DNA from: a virus
Lineage: Duplodnaviria; Caudoviricetes
DNA length: 49,342 nt
Virus record (IMG/VR): IMGVR_UViG_3300020045_002407
Span: 1 to 49,342 of that record
Strand: one strand, 5' to 3'
Shown: piece after piece, positions 24,759 to 34,149 of the stretch
Position numbering within the stretch: the stretch's first letter is position 1
Layout of the letters: every line of letters starts with the position of its first letter
Made by a program: the position numbers and the translations under genes
The notes under the pieces: model-generated
The model's database searches: none
The model's input: only the letters and a program-made list of their open reading frames with translations
Told to the model about the DNA's origin: nothing

Positions 24759-26689
24759 GCAAGCCTCCAAATTTCAACGGTTGCAAAAACTTCAGTTTGG
24801 CCCGCTGAAGCCAGACCTGTTCCGAATCCTTGTCCATCGGCTGCACTCGAAAACTGACGTAATGAAAATGTTTTCTGAGCCGTTATTAGGATATTTCCAC
24901 TAATGATTCCGTGTGTTTTACTTGCTGAAACATCACCAAGGATGGAAAAAGCTGAGTCAGTATTATTATAAATTGCCCCTTTATGGTTCATAAGCCCAGC
25001 TGTTGGGTACCGTGCCTCAATTCGGTACGTGCCAGCCGGTAGCGTGATATTGTTTGAAGCCAGTGATGCTCCGACGATGGTATTTTTTGTCACAGTATTG
25101 AGCGTCCGAGTTTGCCATGTCGTAGCCGCGCAAGCGCCGCCATCTGTACCGCTGGCTTGCTCCTCCCTTGCGCAGAAGTACAAGCTTCCCCCTTCGGCTA
25201 GCACTACAGATCGCAGCGCAGACCCGTCGCACTGCACGATAATGACCATCCCCGGAGACAGTAGGGACGTGGTAGCGCCGTCAATAGTTTCCGACAGATT
25301 CGGGTCAAGTGTAATGTCGCCTGTTCCGCTGTTGCGGATATAGCACCACCAGCCTGCACCAAGTGTCGCCACAGCAACAAAGGTCTGCGTAAACGTGCCG
25401 CTGGTGATGTCGATTAATGTCGATCTATCGGCGTCTCCGATAATAGTATTCGATGTTCTCGCAGACCTTGGTAACGCGGAACCTGTTACAGGTATGCCGG
25501 CAATGGATATGCTATGCGGGAAGTTTACCCCAGTTGGGCTAGCCTCTAATTGCGCGTCTCCGCCAACACTAATACCAAATCCCGTCGCACCAAACTTGTA
25601 GAATCCAGTCCCAGTAGCTGAGTAGAAATTTATTGCTGGCACAGCTTCAGTGCCATCAGGTATGCTCTGCATATTTACTACTACCTGAGACTGCGCCTCA
25701 GTTACTTCCAATCCGTCGCATACCAGGATAGCCCTAATATTCTGATGTATGGCCATAGGGCTGCCTGCGGACGTCTTGACAAACACTGTATGCGCAGTAG
25801 TCAAGTTATTCGCGGTGTAGTAGACAGACAAGGCTGATGGGACAATTACGGTAACGTCTGCGGCCGGGGCTCCAATGAACGTGATCAGTTTGTTACTAGC
25901 CTGTGCTGCAGACAAGGTGAAAATGCCACCAGCTGTCACGTCTAGCGCAAGCGCTGAGGTTTGATACAGCAAACTTCTGCCGTAGCCAATAGTAATCCAC
26001 TCAGTTCCAGTACACACCAGTGTAAAAGACTCAGTGGGCTGCAGCGACAGCACGTCGGAAGCCTCGGCTCCGCTAGGTACTATACCTACAGAGCCTGTAC
26101 CAGAATTCTTAACCATACAGTAGAAGTCATTACCGTAGGTAGCAGCCAAGCTAAGGTTCAGGTTGGCCGCTCCGCCGGTAAATTCAATAGTCTGCCCACG
26201 CATAGCAGTAGTCAAGGTGGTATCACTTGACACCGAGTACACTGGTGATGCCACGGACAGGGTAGGGCCAGTGGCTTTAGTGCCATACCCAGCCAATGCC
26301 CCAGAGGCAATGCTCGAACCACCAGCGCCATAAGTAATTTGGCCCCAGGTCCCAGCGGCCGTGGCGTTATCAATTACATACAGAAACTGAGCTATACCCG
26401 TGGCAATACTAACTAACCCTGCTCCGGCGTAGTTCTGTACCGACAGCGTATTGGCACCGTAATTGCGGATAAGCACTGGATTACCGGGGGATACTTGATT
26501 AGCCGGCGGTAGTTTGAGAATAGCGCCTGGCCCACAGCTCACCTCAAGTATCTTGGGCAGTGGAATGCCAGTTCCATTATAGTTACCGGGCCACTCAGCC
26601 TGCGTAGTTCCTGTGAGGCTTACTACGGATAGACCGAGGTCTGAGGGGGGCAGAAGGTCATTGCTAAAGGCATCAGTGTATCCGCTCAT
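24755..26689 (-). CDS. tail fibre / receptor-binding protein
   Basis: 644 aa, Gly/Thr/Ala/Ser-rich; repeated (K/R)NSGTG domains; DGTEAVPAINF and ITLPAGTYRI fibre motifs. Confidence 0.75.
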   Translation of the reverse strand: MSGYTDAFSNDLLPPSDLGLSVVSLTGTTQAEWPGNYNGTGIPLPKILEVSCGPGAILKLPPANQVSPGNPVLIRNYGANTLSVQNYAGAGLVSIATGIAQFLYVIDNATAAGTWGQITYGAGGSSIASGALAGYGTKATGPTLSVASPVYSVSSDTTLTTAMRGQTIEFTGGAANLNLSLAATYGNDFYCMVKNSGTGSVGIVPSGAEASDVLSLQPTESFTLVCTGTEWITIGYGRSLLYQTSALALDVTAGGIFTLSAAQASNKLITFIGAPAADVTVIVPSALSVYYTANNLTTAHTVFVKTSAGSPMAIHQNIRAILVCDGLEVTEAQSQVVVNMQSIPDGTEAVPAINFYSATGTGFYKFGATGFGISVGGDAQLEASPTGVNFPHSISIAGIPVTGSALPRSARTSNTIIGDADRSTLIDITSGTFTQTFVAVATLGAGWWCYIRNSGTGDITLDPNLSETIDGATTSLLSPGMVIIVQCDGSALRSVVLAEGGSLYFCAREEQASGTDGGACAATTWQTRTLNTVTKNTIVGASLASNNITLPAGTYRIEARYPTAGLMNHKGAIYNNTDSAFSILGDVSASKTHGIISGNILITAQKTFSLRQFSSAADGQGFGTGLASAGQTEVFATVEIWRLA

Positions 26690-27315
26690 TGGGCACTCTC
26701 TGTATTGTCATGGTTGTACTTTGTGTTCTCAATTTGAAGCGAGGACACGATTTCGGCATACTGAGACTGCCACATGGCTAGCAGGCCTTGATTTTTCAAG
26801 AACGGCTGCGCCTCTAACAAGCAAGCATAGAGCAGCAATTGAGGCGCATAGCGGGTAGTCCAGTTGGTCTGGTTAGCCGAGGAAAGCGAGACTGGCCTCT
26901 CGTGGTAGCACAGCTCAAAGGCGTAGCCAGCTGGCGGCGTGGCTGAGATGTATACGTGGTCAAAGTCGTAGTCGGAGTAGTACTGTGGGTCAGCATCCAC
27001 CTGGCCGGAGGCGTAAACTCTGCAATACTCGTAAGTCCGCGGTCGCAGGAAGATAAACTCGCCTTGCGCATTTGTGTAGAATAGGCTAACCGTCTGGCGC
27101 CAACGCTCCGGCTTCTCAACTACGGGGTTGCTAACCTCAAAGTTGCCATTCACAACTCGCTTAAACCCAAGACCTTTGGCCTCTAGCGCGATGCGTTGTT
27201 CGCCCAGCATAATGAACCGGTCAATTTGATTGACAAACTCGTCATCTCTTCGCTCAGCATATACCTGTATATCAGCCTTAAGCGAGTCAAATGTTAGAAC
27301 TTCTGGTGCGCTCAT
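26686..27315 (-). CDS. head-tail adaptor-like protein
   Basis: TFDSLKADI...FIMLGEQRI...NWTTRYAPQLLLYACLLEAQPFLKN. Confidence 0.7.
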   Translation of the reverse strand: MSAPEVLTFDSLKADIQVYAERRDDEFVNQIDRFIMLGEQRIALEAKGLGFKRVVNGNFEVSNPVVEKPERWRQTVSLFYTNAQGEFIFLRPRTYEYCRVYASGQVDADPQYYSDYDFDHVYISATPPAGYAFELCYHERPVSLSSANQTNWTTRYAPQLLLYACLLEAQPFLKNQGLLAMWQSQYAEIVSSLQIENTKYNHDNTESAQ

Positions 27316-27536
27316 ATCAGTGGCTCATCGGGTCTTGGGTGGTGCAGCGAGATATTCTCAGGGGGCTTTGGTGCCAGCTTGTAAGGGTCTTTTCCATCAC
27401 AGCAGTCTTTGCAGACGTACAACCCTGGCACATTGCGATCAGCCATTAGGTCCGTGTAATGCATCTTGAGCTGGCAACGGCCGCATATTGCAACCGCGAC
27501 TTTACCAGACGTAGCTGGCGTAAGGTACCTTGGCAT
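27312..27536 (-). CDS. small Zn-finger protein of the late module
   Basis: AICGRC...VCKDCCD...HPRPD. Confidence 0.7.
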   Translation of the reverse strand: MPRYLTPATSGKVAVAICGRCQLKMHYTDLMADRNVPGLYVCKDCCDGKDPYKLAPKPPENISLHHPRPDEPLI

Positions 27537-27539
27537 GCA

Positions 27540-28505
27540 CTACCTCGTATACGGCGAAATTCCGGGCTGCACATCGATCGGCGCAGAGTCGGTCTCTTCA
27601 CTCATTACTTCCATGCTGAACTTAGAGGCCAGGTCAGACAGCATCTTAATACGTGTAGGATCAACACCGGGAAGCTCCATACTTAGCCTAAAAGCTAACT
27701 GGATAATAGTTGGCTCGAACCACCTGGTGGGTATGGCTAAAGACTGTGTTAATGCACCAACATCCTGTACTTGCCTATGCAGCATTAACGACATGTGGCG
27801 AGTTTCATCAGACGGCACTTGCCAAAGCGTAATGGACGGGTCCATTAGTTTATTGAACAAGTAATTTGTTATTGTGCCACCTTGCGAGTTCTTGTTTGGA
27901 ATAGCCGCGTAAGTATCACGATTCCATGACATCACTGGTAGATCTGACACACTGGTAGCGGAGTACACGGCGCTCAGCGTACCGCTTGACACCTGTACAT
28001 GCGTGGCAGTAACTACTGGGTCCAGGTCAAACCAGTACACTTCATTGATACCCCGAAGATCAAGCACTTTGCAAGCAACTCGCGATGTGTAGCTCACTCC
28101 GTCAGTCGATGTGGATACTGTAAAGTCTGTCGTCGGTAAGACGCTGAATTTCAAGCCCACCCGTACCAGGGCAGCGGAGGCAGTTAAGACTTGTGTCGTG
28201 GCGTTGAGACTCAGCTGCGTGGCTAGCGTAGGCGTGCTCTGCTGCGCGCTCAACACATTATTGGTACCAACGGGCAGCGTATATTCTTTCTGCCCCGGTT
28301 GCAGCCCTAAGTACTTGGTATCAACACACCAAAGATTTAGGCTTGTATTGGCGTAGTGCATGAGCAGCAAGAACAAGCAGTCTTTAGCCACATACACGGT
28401 CTCAGGCGTCTGCATAGAAGCCTGTAGCCCGCAGCGTCGCACTGCGTGCTCAATAACTTTGGCAGTACTAATTACAGTCTGCCCGATTGTACCAGAAGTA
28501 GCCAT
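27540..28505 (-). CDS. adaptor / tail tubular protein A-like virion protein
   Basis: MATSGT...IEHAVRRCG...LNLW...TYAAIPNK...LWQVP...PTRW. Confidence 0.65.
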   Translation of the reverse strand: MATSGTIGQTVISTAKVIEHAVRRCGLQASMQTPETVYVAKDCLFLLLMHYANTSLNLWCVDTKYLGLQPGQKEYTLPVGTNNVLSAQQSTPTLATQLSLNATTQVLTASAALVRVGLKFSVLPTTDFTVSTSTDGVSYTSRVACKVLDLRGINEVYWFDLDPVVTATHVQVSSGTLSAVYSATSVSDLPVMSWNRDTYAAIPNKNSQGGTITNYLFNKLMDPSITLWQVPSDETRHMSLMLHRQVQDVGALTQSLAIPTRWFEPTIIQLAFRLSMELPGVDPTRIKMLSDLASKFSMEVMSEETDSAPIDVQPGISPYTR

Positions 28506-28511
28506 ATGCTA

Positions 28512-28540
28512 ATTATACCTTGAGGCGCAGCAGAAGTAAA
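28512..28540 (-). promoter_or_regulatory. sigma70-type promoter, probably leaderless transcript
   Basis: TTTACT, 17 nt, TATAAT, 6 nt, ATG (28505); no RBS. Confidence 0.6.
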
Positions 28541-28545
28541 CCTTA

Positions 28546-29193
28546 CTAAAATTCTGAGACTGAACCAAATCTGCTTACTTGGAAGTGAATGTCAAACTCG
28601 AACAGCCGAGCATCTGCCGCATAGTTATCAGCTAGAGCAGCTGTGTTCCGCCTAATCTGCCAAAGTATGATAGTAGACTCCGGTAGCGTGCCCAATGAAA
28701 GTAATGACCAAGCTGATACGGCATGCTTGTTAGCTACATCGTCATTTGGTATGGAGTTTGCGCAAGCTTCCCAGCTAGAGTAGGCCCCGAATGTTCCGCC
28801 TGGCCCAGCCAGCGCATAGCAAAACTCCCACACCACATCACCCGCCCCAGAGGTAGTTTTAGCCCAGTGAGCGTGCGGATGTACTGAACTACCTACTAGC
28901 CAAGAGTGTGGCATTTGTGCCACCCCTGCTATACTGTTTACCTGACTACTGGAAAACAGCAACGTACCAGGCATTACTGTATTGTCTATATTTGGTGGAG
29001 CTGTAGCCCCTAGCGGGTTAATACCTTGGGCAGGGAATCGCAAATCTTCCCACCCAGCCAGAGTCACATGCTCGGCCAGGTGGTCATTGCCATTACAGTA
29101 CCACTTAATGGTTCCGTCGACCTCTTCCCAAAGCTCATACCTGTGCCCATCAAACCTGTTGCACAAGGCAGTCAGAAGTGTTCTTAGGCCCAT
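28546..29193 (-). CDS. hypothetical virion-associated protein
   Basis: WEDLRFP...QMPHSW...HPHAHW...FDIHFQ beta-rich domain. Confidence 0.6.
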   Translation of the reverse strand: MGLRTLLTALCNRFDGHRYELWEEVDGTIKWYCNGNDHLAEHVTLAGWEDLRFPAQGINPLGATAPPNIDNTVMPGTLLFSSSQVNSIAGVAQMPHSWLVGSSVHPHAHWAKTTSGAGDVVWEFCYALAGPGGTFGAYSSWEACANSIPNDDVANKHAVSAWSLLSLGTLPESTIILWQIRRNTAALADNYAADARLFEFDIHFQVSRFGSVSEF

Positions 29194-29201
29194 TTTGGGC
29201 T

Positions 29202-29468
29202 CTACGTGTAAAGAACGTTCACTGTGCCGGCAGTGGCCAAGAATAGGCCAACTTTCGCGGCAAAACCCAATCCGCCAAAATTAACAACATCACCCACTGC
29301 TAGAGTTTTGGCAAATAGAACAGTGCCAGACGTGTTAGTTCCATCATACACAGTAACTGCACCGCCAGTAACAGTAGATACGATACCGTAGAACCCAGTA
29401 GGCCCTAGTTTGACTTGTACACCGGCTGTGGCACCACTATTGAAATACCCAAGTTTTGTCGCAATCAT
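29202..29468 (-). CDS. small structural protein
   Basis: Gly/Thr-rich beta protein; start ATG 29468 with GGAG RBS. Confidence 0.6.
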   Translation of the reverse strand: MIATKLGYFNSGATAGVQVKLGPTGFYGIVSTVTGGAVTVYDGTNTSGTVLFAKTLAVGDVVNFGGLGFAAKVGLFLATAGTVNVLYT

Positions 29469-29478
29469 GCCAATCTCC

Positions 29479-29499
29479 AAAACAGGGGCCGAAGCCCCG
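29479..29499 (-). terminator. intrinsic terminator
   Basis: GGGGC-TTCG-GCCCC followed by TGTTTT on the - strand. Confidence 0.8.
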
Positions 29500-29505
29500 T
29501 AAGAG

Positions 29506-30237
29506 TTAAACTTGAGTTACACCCAATGCTCCAACCCGAGTAGCATTTGGACCACAGGCAATTGCCGGCAAGCCAATGCACACCACCAGGCGCTTAGTTC
29601 CATCTGCGGCCGACGGCAGGGCTACGAAGCCCCGAACATCAGTAGTAGATACAGTTGCAGGTGATGTAGCGTCAGCTACCGTGAATGCCGACAGGGCCAA
29701 AGCGGTAGCATTGAAGTTTCCTGGAAGTACGTAATCGCGCGAGGCAATCTTGTACGGCAGCCCAATGGAGTCGCCATAGCCGACGGTCAGGTTATTCGTT
29801 CCCGCAGTGGCGTTGGCATTGGCCACACTAACCACGGACTTAAACATCTTGGTACTGGACACAGTGCTAGTGCTCGGAGCGGCTAGCGTTTGCGACATAG
29901 CCTGGCCATACAGGTCATAGCCAGAGATCTTATATGTTGCTGTGTTGGCGCCAGTTGCAGTAATGGTTACTGAGCGGGGGGTGTCTAGGACGTAGCGTAC
30001 CTCATTGCCTACAGTCTGCGTGGTCACACCAGTACCGGCGGATAGCGTAAAAGAGGCACCGGAGCCCGGATTCTGAGTTCCAGAGGCGAGTCCAGCTACT
30101 TGGAGAGTCAGCGGAACAACGTCAAAAAGATAGACGCGGCCCATAGGGCCTACGCCCAATTCCATGTCGCTAGGACCATCAGAATTGATTTTTCCGGAAA
30201 ATACCGGACCCAGCATGATATCATCAGAGACTTGCAT
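29506..30237 (-). CDS. putative capsid decoration / minor structural protein
   Basis: Directly after MCP; Thr/Ala-rich; AGGAAAGG RBS; TDVRG...ADGTKRL. Confidence 0.6.
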   Translation of the reverse strand: MQVSDDIMLGPVFSGKINSDGPSDMELGVGPMGRVYLFDVVPLTLQVAGLASGTQNPGSGASFTLSAGTGVTTQTVGNEVRYVLDTPRSVTITATGANTATYKISGYDLYGQAMSQTLAAPSTSTVSSTKMFKSVVSVANANATAGTNNLTVGYGDSIGLPYKIASRDYVLPGNFNATALALSAFTVADATSPATVSTTDVRGFVALPSAADGTKRLVVCIGLPAIACGPNATRVGALGVTQV

Positions 30238-30276
30238 TTTGTTTCCTTTCCTGGGGCTTGAACCCCTCGGTTAGAG

Positions 30277-30294
30277 AAAAGCCCCCGAAGGGGC
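30277..30294 (-). terminator. intrinsic terminator after the major capsid gene
   Basis: GCCCC-TTCG-GGGGC-TTTT on the - strand. Confidence 0.8.
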
Positions 30295-30301
30295 ATACTT
30301 C

Positions 30302-31213
30302 TTAGACGCCTGCGTTACCGAAGGCACCGCGCCAGTCAGTCCAACCGGAGCCGAAGCGCATGGTAGACTTGTAGCGAATACTATCAGTTTCGAAGTCGCC
30401 TTCCATTGCCTTCTTCAGCTTGCGACGCCAGAGGACCTTCAAACCGTCTTGAGCGCCAGTCTGGACGAACCAGGCAGGGGCCGAGGTCAAACGAGACAAA
30501 TCAGTAACCTTGCTAATCAGGTTTGAGGACTTGATCGGGTTGAGGTCATTGTTGTTGGTGCCGGCTCGAAGGACGGAATTCAGCAGAACTTCGGCCACCA
30601 GCATATTGCTGGGATGCACAATGAGCTGCTTCGGCATGACACGAATCGGCTTACCACGAGAATCCTTGGTCTGACGAATCTGGATCAAAGCCTGTTCAAG
30701 CGAAGTCTGCGAGAGCGCCGCCGAGGTAAGAACGTTCGACTGTACGCCACCGATAACCGGGTGCGAGGCCGAGAACAGCTCAACCAAGTCGCCACCTTTG
30801 TACGAGCTATTGAAGCCCCGATTCAGATGATTGCAGGTAACAGTTTCCAAAGTCTCCGTCATAGACTGCGCCAAGTGCTTCGAGTACTTAGTACCGACAG
30901 AGATGTGCTCACCGTCTTCCACCAGCACTTGAGTCAGCGCGAAAGCCAAACCGTAGACGTCGTAAGTATAGCGTTTTTGGTACAAAACGCCGCCCTCATC
31001 GTAGGTGATCGGTTGACCATCAGGAAGCAGTGGAGCTGCACCCAGGCCGTAGAGAACAGCCTCTTCATGGTAGGAACGAGCGGTACCAGTTTCTTCACTG
31101 AAGACTGATTTGTACTCATCAGCACGTTGGTCGTAAATACCATCAAATGCCGAATTGAGGATCGGTTCCACGATAGCGCGGAACTGGGTATTGCGCATAA
31201 TTACGCCAGCCAT
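30302..31213 (-). CDS. major capsid protein (HK97 fold, Mu gpT-like)
   Basis: YGLAFALT...LFSASHP...LSQTSLEQALIQI...PKQLIVHP...AWFV...RFGSGWTDWRG; AAGGAG RBS; terminator follows. Confidence 0.9.
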   Translation of the reverse strand: MAGVIMRNTQFRAIVEPILNSAFDGIYDQRADEYKSVFSEETGTARSYHEEAVLYGLGAAPLLPDGQPITYDEGGVLYQKRYTYDVYGLAFALTQVLVEDGEHISVGTKYSKHLAQSMTETLETVTCNHLNRGFNSSYKGGDLVELFSASHPVIGGVQSNVLTSAALSQTSLEQALIQIRQTKDSRGKPIRVMPKQLIVHPSNMLVAEVLLNSVLRAGTNNNDLNPIKSSNLISKVTDLSRLTSAPAWFVQTGAQDGLKVLWRRKLKKAMEGDFETDSIRYKSTMRFGSGWTDWRGAFGNAGV

Positions 31214-31223
31214 AGTAATCTCC

Positions 31224-31805
31224 TTAGATGGCCGTCATCGCAGCAGCAAACGCATGACGCGAGATCTGCACACGAACGATGGGGTAGGGGTTATAGGTGG
31301 CGTCGTAGATGCCGTCGGTCAGCGAACGCACGCGAACCTGACCTTGCACGCCAGCACCGACCAATGCAAGCGCAATGCTGCCTGCCGATTGCCCAGTGAC
31401 CGTACTGCCCGCGGTGACGGGGTACAGATTGGTCTGGTCGCCGATAGCTGCTTGCACGTAGCCAGAGGCGTTGGCTGTTACTTGGACGTCATACAGGTTC
31501 TCAGGATCATCGTAGACGTAGGCTACGGGCGTGGTGCCGGAAAGGACGGCTTGACTTGCTGGCCAGTTCTTCGAGGTTGTGGGCTTTCCGGTGGCGTCGA
31601 TAAACTCGACTCCAGCAAAAACGCCAAGGATGGGGCTTGACGTTGCGGTCAAGACTGTGATGGTTCCGTCGGTATTCAGCATAACGGGGTCACCGTACGA
31701 AATCAACGTATTGTACGCCGCAGCGATGGTATACGTGTTCGCACGGGACTGACCCGTAGGATGCTCGACCAGTCGGAGACCGAAGGGGGCAGAAATAAGT
31801 GCCAT
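31224..31805 (-). CDS. head decoration / minor capsid protein
   Basis: APFGLR...GDPV...GVFAGVEF...YVYDDP; directly upstream of MCP. Confidence 0.65.
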   Translation of the reverse strand: MALISAPFGLRLVEHPTGQSRANTYTIAAAYNTLISYGDPVMLNTDGTITVLTATSSPILGVFAGVEFIDATGKPTTSKNWPASQAVLSGTTPVAYVYDDPENLYDVQVTANASGYVQAAIGDQTNLYPVTAGSTVTGQSAGSIALALVGAGVQGQVRVRSLTDGIYDATYNPYPIVRVQISRHAFAAAMTAI

Positions 31806-31817
31806 ATTCAGTTTTCC

Positions 31818-32375
31818 TTAAGAGAAAGTGGGAGTATTTACGCGACGGGCCAGGGTGTCGAAACCTTCGACTGAACCCAAATTCCTTCCATCACGATCTT
31901 CGCCTTGCAGCTCAGCGACGGTATTTGCTTTGAGCAGTTCTTCCTCAGACATCGGAAGCTCATGATGCAGATATAGCATGATATCTTGATAGAGCTCTTC
32001 CTCAATCTTAAACAGGAGCATCTCATTGCATGAAATAACGCCTTCGAATTCGCCCTCAGTAACTCTGGTTTGGGTAAATCCAGCGAGTTCGCTGGCCTTC
32101 ACGGGCTGATAACCCTTCTGCATCCGCTTGTAAATCGGGTCAGACGAGTTCGTCGTGGAAAGCCAGCAGAAATGCCAACCAGGCACTTTGGGCGGTGTGG
32201 GAAGCACGTCCTGTGTCCACTCTTGACGAAGTGCCTTGCGGCGCTCTTCGAGGGTCAGTGCTGTGCCATCCTTGTTGACTCGTTCTGAGTCGGCGGAGCT
32301 TCTGTCATCACGAGAAGTGGATTTAACTAGGCGCTCATCGCCTACAGGACCACTTGCCTTTTTCTCTTCAGCCAT
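31818..32375 (-). CDS. conserved head-module hypothetical protein
   Basis: LPTPPKVPGWHFCW...GYQPV...EMLLFKI; between scaffold and capsid genes. Confidence 0.65.
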   Translation of the reverse strand: MAEEKKASGPVGDERLVKSTSRDDRSSADSERVNKDGTALTLEERRKALRQEWTQDVLPTPPKVPGWHFCWLSTTNSSDPIYKRMQKGYQPVKASELAGFTQTRVTEGEFEGVISCNEMLLFKIEEELYQDIMLYLHHELPMSEEELLKANTVAELQGEDRDGRNLGSVEGFDTLARRVNTPTFS

Positions 32376-33331
32376 TATCTAGCTCCTTCATTGTTTCGAT
32401 CATAGTCACGATATTGCTTAATCATTTTGTTCCGCTCCACTGGGTCTTCCCACTTACCAGCATCCTTGAGCGCCTTTACTCGCTCAGCTGATAGCCTAAA
32501 TGTGGTGCTTGAGCCTGGTGAAGTTTCGCGACCTGATCCTGCGACTACGGACTTCGGTTTGTCCTTAGTAGCTATATTATCACGATTCGCGCGATGCGGT
32601 AAGTATTTTTTTACCCTGCTGCCCAGCTCGTCCCAATACTCCTTAGTAAGTGGGTCCCAGCCTTCTTCAGCTAGTGTCTGGTCAAGCATCAGCACAACTC
32701 GTGAGTCTTGGTCTTTGCCTTGTGGGTCATACCAGCTATTTGACGTCGTCCATTCACGTGCATTGTTGGCAACACGCTGGTCAAGCGGTGGGGGCTGCGC
32801 ACTACGTTGCTTGTACGTCTTCTCGATATTGTTGAGCTGTTCCAAGCGCGTGCGTACTTGCATCAACTGCTCAGTGGCTTCGGCAACTGCGGCGCCGTTG
32901 GCAGACTCTGTACCCGACCGGATTTGGTCTTTGTAGTAATTATACGCTTGCGCGGCTTTCTCTTTAGCTTGCGTGATCTGCGCCATTTCACCGCCGACGC
33001 TACGCCGCTCAATTACCGCAAGCTTTTCACGCATTTCATTGATAACGGCATCGCGAGCTGCTAGCTCACGCTTCAATGAATCTGCACGTTCCTTGGTCCG
33101 TGTTTTGCGGTCCTGTCTTTCTTTGCGCCGACGCTCTCGAATAGCGTCCCGGTCTTCGTCGGCATCAGAGTGACTACTCCCGTCATCCTCGGTGTCGTCA
33201 TCCTCTGTATCATCATGCGCGTCACTATCTGCACCGACGGCGGAGGCGTCGTCAACCGTATTTGACACTGCGTCATTGTCATCGCCTTCAATAATAACGT
33301 CAATGATTTCTTCTTCGTCTTTGGCTGCCAT
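32375..33331 (-). CDS. putative scaffolding protein
   Basis: Acidic N-terminus, long coiled coil, W...NSWY motif, C-terminal LSAERVKAL; position. Confidence 0.7.
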   Translation of the reverse strand: MAAKDEEEIIDVIIEGDDNDAVSNTVDDASAVGADSDAHDDTEDDDTEDDGSSHSDADEDRDAIRERRRKERQDRKTRTKERADSLKRELAARDAVINEMREKLAVIERRSVGGEMAQITQAKEKAAQAYNYYKDQIRSGTESANGAAVAEATEQLMQVRTRLEQLNNIEKTYKQRSAQPPPLDQRVANNAREWTTSNSWYDPQGKDQDSRVVLMLDQTLAEEGWDPLTKEYWDELGSRVKKYLPHRANRDNIATKDKPKSVVAGSGRETSPGSSTTFRLSAERVKALKDAGKWEDPVERNKMIKQYRDYDRNNEGAR

Positions 33332-33741
33332 TACTTCACCTCGTCCAGTTCTTCAAAGGCCTCAGGATCAACCTTGGCAATAAGCTCATGGTCAGAGAAA
33401 ATACAAAAGATCGCAGTGTCTTCAGTACCGGGCACCTTGCGGGTAAAACGATCACCGCCCCACTTTGGGATGCGGACGTAGTCCCCGGGACGAGCCCACA
33501 CGCCCTCACGCCAAAGCTCGCCAGAATCACGGTTGCGAAATGCAATGGGGCCAAGCTGATAAATCTTGCCTAGCTGGGTGTTCTCTTTGTTGAATTCTTT
33601 GGTATCAGGCGCTAGGATAATGCCTCCGTGAGTCTTCTCACGAACAGTACGCAGCTGCACCAACACACGCGCGCCCAAAGGTGCAACGCCTGGTACTACT
33701 ACTGGAAATGCCGACGCCAGGTCACTTGCGGGAATTGCCAT
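33331..33741 (-). CDS. GroES/Cpn10-like co-chaperonin
   Basis: PLGARVLVQ...TxGGIIL...GKIYQLGP...PGDYV. Confidence 0.8.
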   Translation of the reverse strand: MAIPASDLASAFPVVVPGVAPLGARVLVQLRTVREKTHGGIILAPDTKEFNKENTQLGKIYQLGPIAFRNRDSGELWREGVWARPGDYVRIPKWGGDRFTRKVPGTEDTAIFCIFSDHELIAKVDPEAFEELDEVK

Positions 33742-33764
33742 ACTAACTCTCCTTCAGAGTTGAA

Positions 33765-33947
33765 CTACTCGTCCTCAGGAATCGCCCTGAGAAGCCGAAG
33801 GGCTTCAGTAAATGCTTGAAGCCTTCCTTGCTCTTTGCAAAACTCAGACCGTTTTTTGAACTCCTTAGTTGCAAGCACGTCTTTGCTATTCTCAATCTCT
33901 ACAGAAATAAGCTTGATGTACTGGTCAACAAAACGGTCTAGAGCCAT
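33765..33947 (-). CDS. hypothetical protein
   Basis: 60-aa helical ORF in operon. Confidence 0.6.
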   Translation of the reverse strand: MALDRFVDQYIKLISVEIENSKDVLATKEFKKRSEFCKEQGRLQAFTEALRLLRAIPEDE

Positions 33948-33948
33948 T

Positions 33949-34149
33949 TTATTTCGTGGCCTTAGCGGCTTTCGATTCCGACTTTTCGGGCTTAGCTACC
34001 GGTTTAGCCTCATGCCCCACTACTGAGCACTTTTCCAAGACCTCCTGTGGAAGGCCACCAAAGCGGCTATCAAAGTACTCCTCGGCGCTGAGGTCAGATG
34101 TCACGTCCTCGGTAGAGCTGTCAGAGTATGTAACAGTAAGTTTATTCAT
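33949..34149 (-). CDS. hypothetical protein
   Basis: ATG 34149 overlaps the upstream TGA; Lys/Ala tail. Confidence 0.6.
   Translation of the reverse strand: MNKLTVTYSDSSTEDVTSDLSAEEYFDSRFGGLPQEVLEKCSVVGHEAKPVAKPEKSESKAAKATK

Noticed and set aside
24115-26689. Diversity-generating retroelement or invertible tail-fibre switch
   Set aside because: No reverse transcriptase, invertase or nucleotide-level TR/VR pair seen.
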